Both the position numbers and the translations under genes were made by a program. The notes beneath the pieces were generated by a model. The model had not been told where the DNA came from. It made no database searches and saw only the letters and a program-made list of their open reading frames with translations. From assembly GCA_902582755.1 (NCBI GenBank), contig CACHSZ010000002.1, forward strand, positions 157,539 through 221,538: DNA of 64,000 nt, written 5' to 3'. This DNA comes from an uncultured Alphaproteobacteria bacterium. Its GTDB lineage: Bacteria > Pseudomonadota > Alphaproteobacteria > HIMB59 > GCA-002718135. Every line of letters begins with the position of its first letter. Position 1 is the stretch's first letter. Below, piece by piece: positions 40,352-50,356 of this stretch.

Positions 40352-41395
40352 TTATTTTTCAATAATCGTTAAATGGCCCATTTTTCTTTTATGTTTAATT
40401 TCTGTTTTTAAATAATCATAAAAAAATTCATTATCTTTAAATTTTTTATTTCGATACGGTGTTATATCATCACCAATTAAATTAATCATTTTGGCATTAT
40501 ATAATTTTTTTGTCTTAATCTTTTCTAAGCCACATACTGCTCGTACATGATTTTCAAATTGACTAATATTATGAGAGTTCATTGTTAGATGTCCAGAATT
40601 ATGAACACGAGGAGCAATTTCGTTAGCATATAAATTATCATCAGTATCAATAAAAAATTCTACACATAACGTTCCAATATAATCTAGTTTTTCTACAACT
40701 TGTTTTGCCCACTCAATTGATTTTATTCGTATGTCATCAGAGATATCACTTGGTATCGTTGAATATTTTAAAATTTGTTCTTCATGAAAATTCTCAATAG
40801 GATCATAGATCTCATAACTATTTTGATCATAACGAGTAATGACGACTGAAATTTCTTTTTTAAGATGAATGAGTTTTTCTAAAATATATTCTTTTGTAAA
40901 ATCAATTTCTTTCGCAATATCATCTACAGTGTTTAATTTATACTGACCTTTACCATCGTATCCTAACGTTGTGGTTTTTAACAAACCAGGAAACAAGTCT
41001 ACATTTTCACTCAAATCTTTTCTATTTTTGACAGTTACATATTTTGTTGTTGTTATATTATTGTCATTGAGAAATTTTTTTTCTGTTTCTCGGTGTTGAA
41101 TGAGTTGATTAATTTCAGGTTTTGGTAAAACTTGTTTCTTTTCATTAATTTTTTTTAATATTGCAAAGGGAATATTTTCAAATTCATATGTAACAAGATC
41201 AACTGCATTAATAAAATTATTTATCGTTGTATCATCATCATACTGACCAAAAATAAATTTAGTCGCAAAGTGTTTCCCGGGTGCATCAGGATCATCACTT
41301 AATATGACGGTTTGTATATCTATTTTTTTTGCAGCATCTGCTAAAAGACTTCCTAATTGTCCACCACCGATAATGCCAAGTGTGGGTGTATTCAT
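40352..41395 (-). CDS. purK: N5-CAIR synthetase
   Basis: GIIGGGQLG, TYEFEN, GYDGKGQ, NEIAPRVHNSGH, SQFENH and RKMGH motifs. Confidence 0.96.
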   Translation of the reverse strand: MNTPTLGIIGGGQLGSLLADAAKKIDIQTVILSDDPDAPGKHFATKFIFGQYDDDTTINNFINAVDLVTYEFENIPFAILKKINEKKQVLPKPEINQLIQHRETEKKFLNDNNITTTKYVTVKNRKDLSENVDLFPGLLKTTTLGYDGKGQYKLNTVDDIAKEIDFTKEYILEKLIHLKKEISVVITRYDQNSYEIYDPIENFHEEQILKYSTIPSDISDDIRIKSIEWAKQVVEKLDYIGTLCVEFFIDTDDNLYANEIAPRVHNSGHLTMNSHNISQFENHVRAVCGLEKIKTKKLYNAKMINLIGDDITPYRNKKFKDNEFFYDYLKTEIKHKRKMGHLTIIEK

Positions 41396-41398
41396 GGC

Positions 41399-41890
41399 TT
41401 ATGGTTTTTGTTTAACAGCTTTTGATTGTTTACTTCGATAATTTTTTAGATTTTCCTTAATTTCTTTATTCGTAAGAGCAATAATGGAAGCTGCATATAA
41501 ACCAGCATTCATTGCTCCATCCTCACCAATTGCTACACTGCCAACAGGAATACCTTTTGGCATTTGTACTATTGATAATAAACTATCCAATCCCTTTAAT
41601 TTACGACTTTCTATTGGTACACCGATTACAGGTATAGTTGTCAACGATGCAATCATTCCTGGTAAATGTGCAGAACCTCCTGCGCCAGCAATAATGACAG
41701 AAATATTATTATCTTCAGCTGCTTTGGCAAATTTGAACATTCTCTCTGGAGTGCGGTGTGCAGAAACAATTTTAGTTTCAAACTTAACTTTCAGTAATTT
41801 TAAAATTTTTTCACAACTTTTCATGGTACCATAATCAGATTTACTACCCATCACAATTGCTACCTTATGTGTTGTTAAAGCTGACGTCAT
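41399..41890 (-). CDS. purE: N5-CAIR mutase (class I PurE)
   Basis: [23 protein letters not shown] and SIVQMP.G.PV motifs. Confidence 0.97.
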   Translation of the reverse strand: MTSALTTHKVAIVMGSKSDYGTMKSCEKILKLLKVKFETKIVSAHRTPERMFKFAKAAEDNNISVIIAGAGGSAHLPGMIASLTTIPVIGVPIESRKLKGLDSLLSIVQMPKGIPVGSVAIGEDGAMNAGLYAASIIALTNKEIKENLKNYRSKQSKAVKQKP

Positions 41891-41932
41891 TTTTATTTTA
41901 TTGTATCAATTCAATGATGATTCGATACATTA

Positions 41933-43039
41933 TTACATAATTACATCGTGGACATTACTTTCGCGGGCTCCTGCTTTAGAAATAAAGACAAATTTACAAT
42001 TGCCTTGCATTTTCTTAATCGTCTTATGACCAGTGTACCCCATAGAAGATCTTAAGCCACCAACAAGTTGATAGGCTACATCTTCTATTTTACCTTTGTA
42101 TGGAACCATCCCTTCCACACCTTCTGCTACTAATTTTTTTGCATTCTTTGTTTCTTCTTGCGAGTATCGATCAAAAGATCCTTTTTGCATTGCTCCTACT
42201 GAACCCATACCTCTATATGATTTAAATTTTTTACCTTTAATCGTTAATAATTTCCCTGGTGATTCTTCAGTACCAGCAAATAAAGATCCTATCATGCAAG
42301 CACTTGCACCACCTGCTATAGCTTTCGCAATATCACCTGATGTTTTTATTCCTCCATCTGCAATCACAGGAATTTTAAATTTTTTGGCAACTTGAAATGT
42401 ATCCATCACAGCAGAGAGTTGAGGAATACCAACACCAGTCACAACCCTTGTTGTACAAATTGATCCCGGTCCAATACCTACTTTAATAGCATCAACGCCA
42501 GCACTAATTAAATCTGATGCAGCCTTTTTAGTAGCAATGTTTCCAACTATGAGAGGGGTTTTCTTTAAAACTTTTTTTGCTTTTTCAATAAACTTTAAAG
42601 TAGTTTTGGTATGTGCATGAGCAACATCAATAAAGACTATATCAACGCCGACTTTTAATAATTCTAACAGTCGTAAGTAAGCATTATTTTCAACGCCGAT
42701 TGCCGCTCCTACTGCAATCTGTTTTTTAGAATTAATTACAGCATTTTGAAATTTTTTACCGTTAACTTTAAAGCTATGAACTTTGTTTACTTCACTTGCT
42801 TGTTTATCAATTGGCATGTTACGGTGAATAACACCTAGACCACCATTAAGTGCTAGATTGATCGCCATCTTGTTCTCTGTCACGGTATCCATAGCAGCCG
42901 AGAGTATGGGAATATGTAATTTGATTTTTCCAATGGTAATCGATGTATCTACATTTTTTGGTTTGATCTCCGAATACGCTGGTGAGAGCAAAACATCATC
43001 AAAAGTAACGGAATAATTAGTATTTATCTGGTAGGCCAT
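41933..43039 (-). CDS. guaB: IMP dehydrogenase lacking the CBS (Bateman) domain
   Basis: [29 protein letters not shown] and EGVEG motifs; only about 370 aa. Confidence 0.93.
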   Translation of the reverse strand: MAYQINTNYSVTFDDVLLSPAYSEIKPKNVDTSITIGKIKLHIPILSAAMDTVTENKMAINLALNGGLGVIHRNMPIDKQASEVNKVHSFKVNGKKFQNAVINSKKQIAVGAAIGVENNAYLRLLELLKVGVDIVFIDVAHAHTKTTLKFIEKAKKVLKKTPLIVGNIATKKAASDLISAGVDAIKVGIGPGSICTTRVVTGVGIPQLSAVMDTFQVAKKFKIPVIADGGIKTSGDIAKAIAGGASACMIGSLFAGTEESPGKLLTIKGKKFKSYRGMGSVGAMQKGSFDRYSQEETKNAKKLVAEGVEGMVPYKGKIEDVAYQLVGGLRSSMGYTGHKTIKKMQGNCKFVFISKAGARESNVHDVIM

Positions 43040-43070
43040 TTCCAACAATATTTATTTTGTTTCGATTTGT

Positions 43071-43102
43071 AAAATAAATAGTTCAAATAATACTTTTTGA
43101 AC
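43071..43102 (-). terminator. Possible intrinsic terminator downstream of the 43112..43591 gene
   Basis: On the minus strand, GTTCAAA-8nt-TTTGAAC followed by TATTTATTTT; weak AT-rich stem. Confidence 0.35.
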
Positions 43103-43111
43103 CCCTACGTA

Positions 43112-43591
43112 TTAAATTTTATATTCGAAGTTCTGCGTTGTAGGGTTAATCTTTATTAATCTTGCACCATTTCGAATATGATAGTGTGTAGCAACTGGAG
43201 TTAATGGCGAAATAGTAATTATACTTTCAAATTGCTCTTTTGATTTAATATATTTTTGCAATTCTTTCATAATTTTTTTCCCTGCTCCTTTTTTAAAAGA
43301 CCATAAAGTATAGGCAATTGGTATAGTTGCTTGATCTTCTTCGACGCTCATCAAATCCATTTCTTTAATGGTTGCTGGTATTTCATTTGTAAAAGCAAAG
43401 CAGGCAATACCCTCAATATCATCCTTATATTTAAGGCCAAAAATTTTTCTTCCTTTAGAAGTTCGAAATTCATTATCAAGTTCTGGTCGTACCGGATCAT
43501 CAGATGGATTAACACCATCTAGTTCAACAAGTTCTGTTTTTTTGATCCAACTAAAGAAATCAAACTCGTATTTATATCTGCCAATTTTCAT
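43112..43591 (-). CDS. Hypothetical protein, possible GNAT-like fold
   Basis: DDPVRPE, YTLWSFKKGAG, SPLT..A..YH.RNGA and N.TT.NFEY; KGAG and H..NG recall acetyl-CoA-binding motifs A and B. Confidence 0.6.
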   Translation of the reverse strand: MKIGRYKYEFDFFSWIKKTELVELDGVNPSDDPVRPELDNEFRTSKGRKIFGLKYKDDIEGIACFAFTNEIPATIKEMDLMSVEEDQATIPIAYTLWSFKKGAGKKIMKELQKYIKSKEQFESIITISPLTPVATHYHIRNGARLIKINPTTQNFEYKI

Positions 43592-43710
43592 TTAAAGTAT
43601 GTAATGCTTTATAAGATTTGATTAATAAAGATAGTGAATAATTTGTTACTTTAGTGATTGGATAAATAGTTTATTATCAAATTTTACTAATAAAAATCTA
43701 AATATTTATA

Positions 43711-45024
43711 ATGTCCTCTAAATCTTCTATCAAAAATATAATTAAACTTTCTATTCCAATATTTTTTGCAAACTTAGCTATTCCTTTAGTTGCCATTGTT
43801 GACACAGGACTAATGGGCAATCTTGATAATGCTAGTTACTTGGTTGCTACCAGTATTGCAGCAAGTGTTTTTTCGATGATTTTCTGGAGTTTTGGCTTCC
43901 TGCGTATGGGTACGGTCGGCATGGTAGCTCAAGCTTATGGATCAAAAGATTATCAGGAAATTATAAATATATTTTTACGAAATATTTCTTTTGTAATTAT
44001 TATTTCCTTACTACTTATTATTTTTCAGAGATATATATTTCAAATATCATTATCTATATTTGAACTATCATTAGAAACAAAAAAATATTTTAAAGACTAT
44101 TTTAATCTTCGTATTTATTCCTCATTTGGAGAGCTTACTATTTTTGTAATTACAGGATTGTTTATTGGTTTACAGAAAACAAAAACATCAAGTATCATTA
44201 TTGGTTTCTTTTCTATTACAAATATACTCTTTAGCTTATTTTTTGTTTTATATTTAAATTTGAATGTTCAGGGTGTTGCTCTTGGTACTTTAGTCTCTTC
44301 TTCTTTGACAACAATTATTTTTTTATTTTATACTTTTTTTGATTTAAATAAGTTTGCTCAGTTAGAATATAATACACAAAAGATTTTTAACTTTAAAAAA
44401 ATTAAAAATATTTTTAATATTAATTTTAATATATTTATCCGATCTATTCTTCTTACATTTGCTTTCTTATATTTTACCTATCTTGGCAATTCTATTAGTG
44501 AGGAGACGGTTGCTGCAAACACAATATTGCTTAATCTAACGATGCTATCTGCGTTTATTCTTGATGCCTATGCATTTTCAACAGAGGGTATTGTTGGATA
44601 TTCTATTGGCTCTAAAAATTTACGTTTATTAAAAGACGTTATTAAAAATTCTTTTATTTTAAGTGCTTCTACAGCTTTATTAATATGTGTTATTTTTTTC
44701 TTTGGTAATCATTACTTTATTATTGCCATGACTGATTTGTCCGAGATTAGAGATATCTGTTTTTCCTATGCATATTGGATTGTTATTATTCCTTTTATTT
44801 CCTCTTTCTGTTTTCAATTTGATGGTATTTTTGTAGGTGCATCCCAAACAACAGAACTGCGAAACGCAATGATAGTATCTGTGGCTATTTATATTGTCGC
44901 TTCTTTTTTCTTAATAGCAAGTTTTGGTAATACAGGCTTATGGTTATCACTCTGCATCTTCTTTATTGCCAGAGCTTTGACTTTATTTTCTTATTTAGGT
45001 AAAATTTATCAACGCATCACCTAA
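43711..45024 (+). CDS. MATE-family efflux transporter (DinF-like)
   Basis: PLVAIVDT..MG, FGFLRMGT, AAN.I and FQFDGIFVGA motifs; 12-TM pattern. Confidence 0.9.
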   Translation: MSSKSSIKNIIKLSIPIFFANLAIPLVAIVDTGLMGNLDNASYLVATSIAASVFSMIFWSFGFLRMGTVGMVAQAYGSKDYQEIINIFLRNISFVIIISLLLIIFQRYIFQISLSIFELSLETKKYFKDYFNLRIYSSFGELTIFVITGLFIGLQKTKTSSIIIGFFSITNILFSLFFVLYLNLNVQGVALGTLVSSSLTTIIFLFYTFFDLNKFAQLEYNTQKIFNFKKIKNIFNINFNIFIRSILLTFAFLYFTYLGNSISEETVAANTILLNLTMLSAFILDAYAFSTEGIVGYSIGSKNLRLLKDVIKNSFILSASTALLICVIFFFGNHYFIIAMTDLSEIRDICFSYAYWIVIIPFISSFCFQFDGIFVGASQTTELRNAMIVSVAIYIVASFFLIASFGNTGLWLSLCIFFIARALTLFSYLGKIYQRIT

Positions 45025-45115
45025 AAAACTGAGAAAATACCTATATTTTTTTTAAAACATATATAAATAATATCAAAAATTTGGTCTAAATTTTTAAAAG
45101 GCGATAAACATTATT

Positions 45116-48100
45116 ATGAGAGTATTTGTAATTATTTTATTCTTTTTTTATTCACTTCATTTATTTGCTGAATTACCGAGTGGAAGTACAACGATATCAG
45201 GTGATGTTTCACTTACTACTGATGATCAGACGCTGGCAATTCAACAGCAATCAGACCAAGCTATCATAGAATGGAATAGTTTTAACATTGGAGAAAATAA
45301 TACAGTTACTTTTAATCAACCTTCTGCAGCTGCTAGTGCACTTAATAGAGTCATTTCTGGCAATCCAACAACATTAGCTGGTGTACTAAATGCCAATGGT
45401 AAAGTTTTTGTTGTGAATGAAAACGGCGTCTATTTTACACCTACGTCAACAATCAACGCTCATTCATTTGCTGCGTCCACCCTTGCTTTATCCAATGACG
45501 ATTTTCTTAATAATAAATTATTATTTAAACTAGATGACGTAGATAATATTTTTTCTTCTATCGTTCATAAAGGTTCTATTACAACTTTGGATGGAGGGTT
45601 TACTGCCTTATTAGGTGGTGCTGTCGATAATGAAGGCACGATTAATGCTAATCTTGGTAAAATTGGCATAGGAGCTGGAAAAGAAATAACATTAGACTTA
45701 AGTGGTGATAAATTTTTACAAGTAAGCATCCCCTTTACTGAAGCCATTACCTTGCTCGATCAAAATGCAGAAGAATTAAGTACAATTATAAATCATGCAG
45801 GAACATCAACGGGAAATAGAATAGACATTGATGTGGGTGCTGCCAAAAATGTTGTTCAGCGTGCTGTTAATATTCCCGGCAATCTTGTTGCAACTACGGC
45901 TTCACAACAAAACGGTGTCATTACTCTTGGAAGTGGAAGCGACATTGTTGTTGCAGGAAACTTAACAGCAAAAGAGGGTGGTAACATTAATGTAGAGGGA
46001 GACTTTTTATCTTTTGGTGGAGAAGTTAACGTATCTGGAACAAATGCAGGCGCAATAAATTTAAATAGCACTGGAGAAATTTCTTTGGGAGGAACTCTAA
46101 ATGCTTCTTCTACTAGTAATGATGGCGGTGATATAAATATTAAATCTGAGTATAAAATTGTTCAAAGTTACGGCAGTGAAATTAATTCATCAGGAAATAC
46201 CAATGGTGGTAATATCCTTTTATCCGCACCTAATATTATGTCTTCGGGATCAGTTTCCGCAAAGGGAGATCAACAAGGTGGATATATTGATATAGAATCA
46301 GAGGGGTATATTCGATTATTATCCTCTAAGATTGATGTAACAGGTAATACCCAAGGTGGTTTAGTTCGTATTGGTGGAGAGTTTCAAGGCAATAATAATT
46401 TAACAAGAACGGAAGAACAACAAAATGTTTTTGTTGATAGATGGGGTGAAAGACGATCACTGACAAATGCAAAAACAGTTTTAGTCTCTGACGGTTCTAG
46501 GATTGATATATCATCATCTGAAGGAAAAGCCGGTACCGCAATTATTTGGAGTGATCAAGAAACAACTATGCTTGGAAATATTCTTGCAACAGGAACAACT
46601 GGTGGTGCAGTTGAGATTTCTTCCAAAGATACCTTACGCCATGTGGGATTATCAAATGTCAATATATCAGATGGTGGTCATTTATTACTTGATCCAAAAA
46701 ATATAACTGTTGGAACAGGTGTAACATCACAAAATTGGATCTATCGAGGATTGATTGGACACGATTACGTAGATACATTACTAGATGGAAATGTAAATGA
46801 AGGAAATCTAGAAATAGATGATAATTTTGGATCAGATGTTAGCATTAGTGATGATGCTACTTTAATGGTAGTTGGAGCAAGGCACGGTAAAGGATCTTCA
46901 AATCAATCATCATCATCTGGAGAAGTATATTTGTATAAATTTGATGATGGCGATTTTACAAATGCTACACTCATGGGTCGTATAGGAAAAGGATATACCG
47001 GAGGTCTTAATATAAATATCAGCACTATAGGTAAAGATGATAAATTTGGACGATCTGTATCTTTTGATAGCACAGGAAAACGACTAGCAATTGGAGCAAC
47101 GGGTGATGATGGTTATGCTGGTGATTATAAAAATGCAGGTGCAGTTTATTTAATTACTTTTAGTGATACATCATACGCAGGTGGTAAACACGTAGGCACA
47201 ATAGGGGCCGGTTATACTGGTTCTGACGATATAAATTTATTGAGTCAGGGAGATAATAATGCTCCTGTTATTGAGGTATCTGATTTATTTGGAGTAAGTG
47301 TAGCTCTAGATGGTGATGCTGATGTTTTGGCAGTCGGTAGTTATGGTGACCATGGTTATTCGGAGGGAGGGTCAGAAAGAGATGACTCTGGTTCAGTTTT
47401 TATGATTTCCTTAAATTCAGATTTTAAAGGTGGTGAAGTTAAATCTCGAATTGGTCATGGCTATACATATAATACAGGTTCTGATTGTTATGCAAATAGC
47501 ACTTGTGCATCATTTTCACAGGATTTTGATACAGAAAGTGAAACCGATTTAAAGTTAAACAGAAGAGATCGTCTTGGTTGGAGTGTAACGTTAAATCATG
47601 AAGGATCTTTACTTGCAGCATCAAGGATATTTGATGATGGTAAAGGTAATAATGCAACAAATGCGGGAGCAGTTAATTTATTTAAATTTATGAAAGACGG
47701 TAGTGTTGTTTCTGCTGAAACGGGAACAGCTACTTATGTTGGAACAATTGGGTATGGTTACGATTATCTAGATACGAGTGATGATAGTGAACACACAGAA
47801 ACACTTGGATCACAAGATGTTTTAGGTAAATCAGTGGCGTTTGATAAAGATGCTAATCGTTTAGCTGTTAGCTTTAACGACAAGTTATCTGAGGGTGGTA
47901 CTACCAAGCCTGGTGGTGTACATTTATATAATTTAACTGATAATTTAGCATCAGCATCTTATGTAGCAACAATAGGTGATGGGTATAGTGGTGGTAAAAA
48001 TGTTGATTTAAGTGCGTATATGGATGCTAAAGATCTTTTTGGAGATGGTGTAGATTTGAATGAAACGGGCAGTCGTCTTGTAATTTCAGGTATGCTTGCA

Positions 48101-50356
48101 AGCGGAAATAGTAATACACAATCTAAAAGTGGTGAAGTGATGCTAATTAAATTTGATGATGATGCTTTCAGCAGTGGTGAAATTTATGGAATCGTTGGTA
48201 GTGGATATGGTGCTAGTAATTTAGATATTGATGATCAACTAGATAGTAATGACCAATTTGGTAGAGGTATATCTCTCGATCGTGATGGAGATAGAATGGC
48301 TGTAACATCAACTTATGATGATGGAAGTGACGACCTCCAAACAAATACTGGAGCAGTATATTTATTTACATTTGCTGATACAAATTTTTCTACCCCAGAA
48401 TTTAAAGGAAAAATTGGAAAAGGTTATACAGGGTCCAACAATTTAGATATAAATTCTCTAGCAAATAATGAAAGAGCATGGCGAGTAGCTTTAGATGGAG
48501 ACGGTGACAGATTAGCTTTTTCAGGATATAAAACTACTACAGGAGCAGTAGAAACAGGATCTGTCTATTTAGTAACATTTGGTGATAATTTTAGTACTCC
48601 TGAACATGTCGGTACAATTGGAAGAAGTTATCCCTCAGATAACGAACACAATCTATCAATAAGTACTTTAGATGACGGTGATTTATTTACCTCAGTGGCT
48701 TTAACTGATGATGGATCAGGTCTTGTTGTTGGCGCTCAAAGAGATGATGGATATGATGATACCGCAACAAATGCAGGTGCAGTTCATTTAATTAGATTTA
48801 GTAATACCGATTTTGATAATCCTAATCATGTCGGCACAATAGGATCTGGTTATACAGGAAATAATAATGAAAATATAAGTGCAATTTTAGATAATAATGA
48901 CAATTTTGCTAGTCATATTGCATTAACAAAGGATGGTAAAATTTTAGCTGTTGGAACGCATAAAGATGATGGTTTTGATGGCAATTATACTGATACAGGT
49001 GCAGTGCACCTTTTCACCTTTGGTGATAATTTTAGCACTCCTGACTATGTTGCATCTATAGGAAATAAATATGAGGGTAATGGTGGAAAAGATTACGATA
49101 CATCAGGAATTTCTGGTTTTAAGGCAGGTCAGGTAGCTATTGATGGTGATGGAAATCGACTAGCAATTGGTCACCATGATACGGATGATGTACATGTATT
49201 TGGTTTTCAGGATACATCTTTAAATGGAGCAAGTTTACAATTTACTATAGGACTTGGTCAAACTGGTAGTAATACGCTTAATGCTACGACTCACGGACTA
49301 GAAGATGCTGATGAATTTCCAAACAGTATAGCTATGGATGATACAGGAACATTAATGGCTGTAGGAGCAACTAGGGATGATGGACTTGGTAATGATGACG
49401 TTGATGGAACAGATGCGGGAGCAGTATATTTATGGTCTGATACAATCATGCAAGGGGCAACATCTTACACAGATTTTGCAAGTGATGATGTGGTTATCAA
49501 CATAACAGAATTAGAGGAATTTTTAAATAACGGCGTTGAAGTTACCCTTCAAGCAAACACAGATATTACCATTAGCTCTGCTATTACTGTTACAGGAACT
49601 GGAAATTTAAATCTTCATGCCGGAAGGGATGTTAATATTAACAGCAATATCAATACAGCAGCAGATCTAGAAATTATTGCAAGTGACACAAATACTAACA
49701 ATGTTTCTGATAGTGATAGAGATGCTGGAGTAGGAGATGTTGTTGCTAGTTCTGCAAGCTTAACAGCAGATGATTTAACTATAAAACTTTTAGATGGTGG
49801 TACATTAACCAATGCTAGTATGGGAAATATAAATCTATCTACTGTCACTGCTACCACAGGTACTCTAATTTCAGATAATTTTTCAATATCAGGGGCTAGC
49901 GCTGACGATAAGACATATGATGGAACTACATCAGCTACAGTTAGTGGAGGAACAATATCAGGTTTAAATTTAACAGGTACTGATCTTTCTATAAGTTCCT
50001 CTGGTAGTTTTTTAACAGCAGATGTTGAAAATAATAAAGAGGTTCCAATCAATTATCAACTCTCAGGGTATACTTCGGGTAGCATTACAATTGAAGATTC
50101 GAATGGACCTTTAGAAACGGTTCCACTTGCTAACATTCTTAGTGGTTCTAAAACTCCGCCACTTCCAGGCGTAGCACCAGATGAAGAAAAAGAAAAAATT
50201 GTTGTTCAAGAAAAAATAAATAAAGATGTTTTCGATGACGTATCTCGAATTGTGTCTTTTATATCTGTTGATGGTGCATCTAATGCAGCACTAATACAAA
50301 ATGAATTTATTACATCTTTTCCTCAGGTAGACGCGCTTAGTATTCAAAGACTATAA
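45116..50356 (+). CDS. Two-partner secretion exoprotein (TpsA): FHA-type secretion domain, FG-GAP/integrin-like repeats, C-terminal YDG-like domain
   Basis: Signal peptide; W.SFNIG, F.QP, LNRV, G.L.ANG.VFVVNENG TPS domain; beta-helix repeats; about 12 FG-GAP-like repeats; DKTYDGTT; followed by tpsB. Confidence 0.88.
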   Translation: MRVFVIILFFFYSLHLFAELPSGSTTISGDVSLTTDDQTLAIQQQSDQAIIEWNSFNIGENNTVTFNQPSAAASALNRVISGNPTTLAGVLNANGKVFVVNENGVYFTPTSTINAHSFAASTLALSNDDFLNNKLLFKLDDVDNIFSSIVHKGSITTLDGGFTALLGGAVDNEGTINANLGKIGIGAGKEITLDLSGDKFLQVSIPFTEAITLLDQNAEELSTIINHAGTSTGNRIDIDVGAAKNVVQRAVNIPGNLVATTASQQNGVITLGSGSDIVVAGNLTAKEGGNINVEGDFLSFGGEVNVSGTNAGAINLNSTGEISLGGTLNASSTSNDGGDINIKSEYKIVQSYGSEINSSGNTNGGNILLSAPNIMSSGSVSAKGDQQGGYIDIESEGYIRLLSSKIDVTGNTQGGLVRIGGEFQGNNNLTRTEEQQNVFVDRWGERRSLTNAKTVLVSDGSRIDISSSEGKAGTAIIWSDQETTMLGNILATGTTGGAVEISSKDTLRHVGLSNVNISDGGHLLLDPKNITVGTGVTSQNWIYRGLIGHDYVDTLLDGNVNEGNLEIDDNFGSDVSISDDATLMVVGARHGKGSSNQSSSSGEVYLYKFDDGDFTNATLMGRIGKGYTGGLNINISTIGKDDKFGRSVSFDSTGKRLAIGATGDDGYAGDYKNAGAVYLITFSDTSYAGGKHVGTIGAGYTGSDDINLLSQGDNNAPVIEVSDLFGVSVALDGDADVLAVGSYGDHGYSEGGSERDDSGSVFMISLNSDFKGGEVKSRIGHGYTYNTGSDCYANSTCASFSQDFDTESETDLKLNRRDRLGWSVTLNHEGSLLAASRIFDDGKGNNATNAGAVNLFKFMKDGSVVSAETGTATYVGTIGYGYDYLDTSDDSEHTETLGSQDVLGKSVAFDKDANRLAVSFNDKLSEGGTTKPGGVHLYNLTDNLASASYVATIGDGYSGGKNVDLSAYMDAKDLFGDGVDLNETGSRLVISGMLASGNSNTQSKSGEVMLIKFDDDAFSSGEIYGIVGSGYGASNLDIDDQLDSNDQFGRGISLDRDGDRMAVTSTYDDGSDDLQTNTGAVYLFTFADTNFSTPEFKGKIGKGYTGSNNLDINSLANNERAWRVALDGDGDRLAFSGYKTTTGAVETGSVYLVTFGDNFSTPEHVGTIGRSYPSDNEHNLSISTLDDGDLFTSVALTDDGSGLVVGAQRDDGYDDTATNAGAVHLIRFSNTDFDNPNHVGTIGSGYTGNNNENISAILDNNDNFASHIALTKDGKILAVGTHKDDGFDGNYTDTGAVHLFTFGDNFSTPDYVASIGNKYEGNGGKDYDTSGISGFKAGQVAIDGDGNRLAIGHHDTDDVHVFGFQDTSLNGASLQFTIGLGQTGSNTLNATTHGLEDADEFPNSIAMDDTGTLMAVGATRDDGLGNDDVDGTDAGAVYLWSDTIMQGATSYTDFASDDVVINITELEEFLNNGVEVTLQANTDITISSAITVTGTGNLNLHAGRDVNINSNINTAADLEIIASDTNTNNVSDSDRDAGVGDVVASSASLTADDLTIKLLDGGTLTNASMGNINLSTVTATTGTLISDNFSISGASADDKTYDGTTSATVSGGTISGLNLTGTDLSISSSGSFLTADVENNKEVPINYQLSGYTSGSITIEDSNGPLETVPLANILSGSKTPPLPGVAPDEEKEKIVVQEKINKDVFDDVSRIVSFISVDGASNAALIQNEFITSFPQVDALSIQRL
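46730..49440 (+). repeat. About 12 tandem 60-90 aa FG-GAP/integrin-alpha-like repeats within TpsA
   Basis: Recurring D.FG..V.L..DG..LAVGA..DDG....NAGAV.L..F......VG.IG.GY.G; near-identical DNA for TFGDNFSTP at about 48575 and about 49015. Confidence 0.8.

Noticed and set aside
46730-49440. CRISPR array or DNA tandem repeat
   Set aside because: The repeats are degenerate protein-level repeats in one open frame, with no identical repeat-spacer pattern
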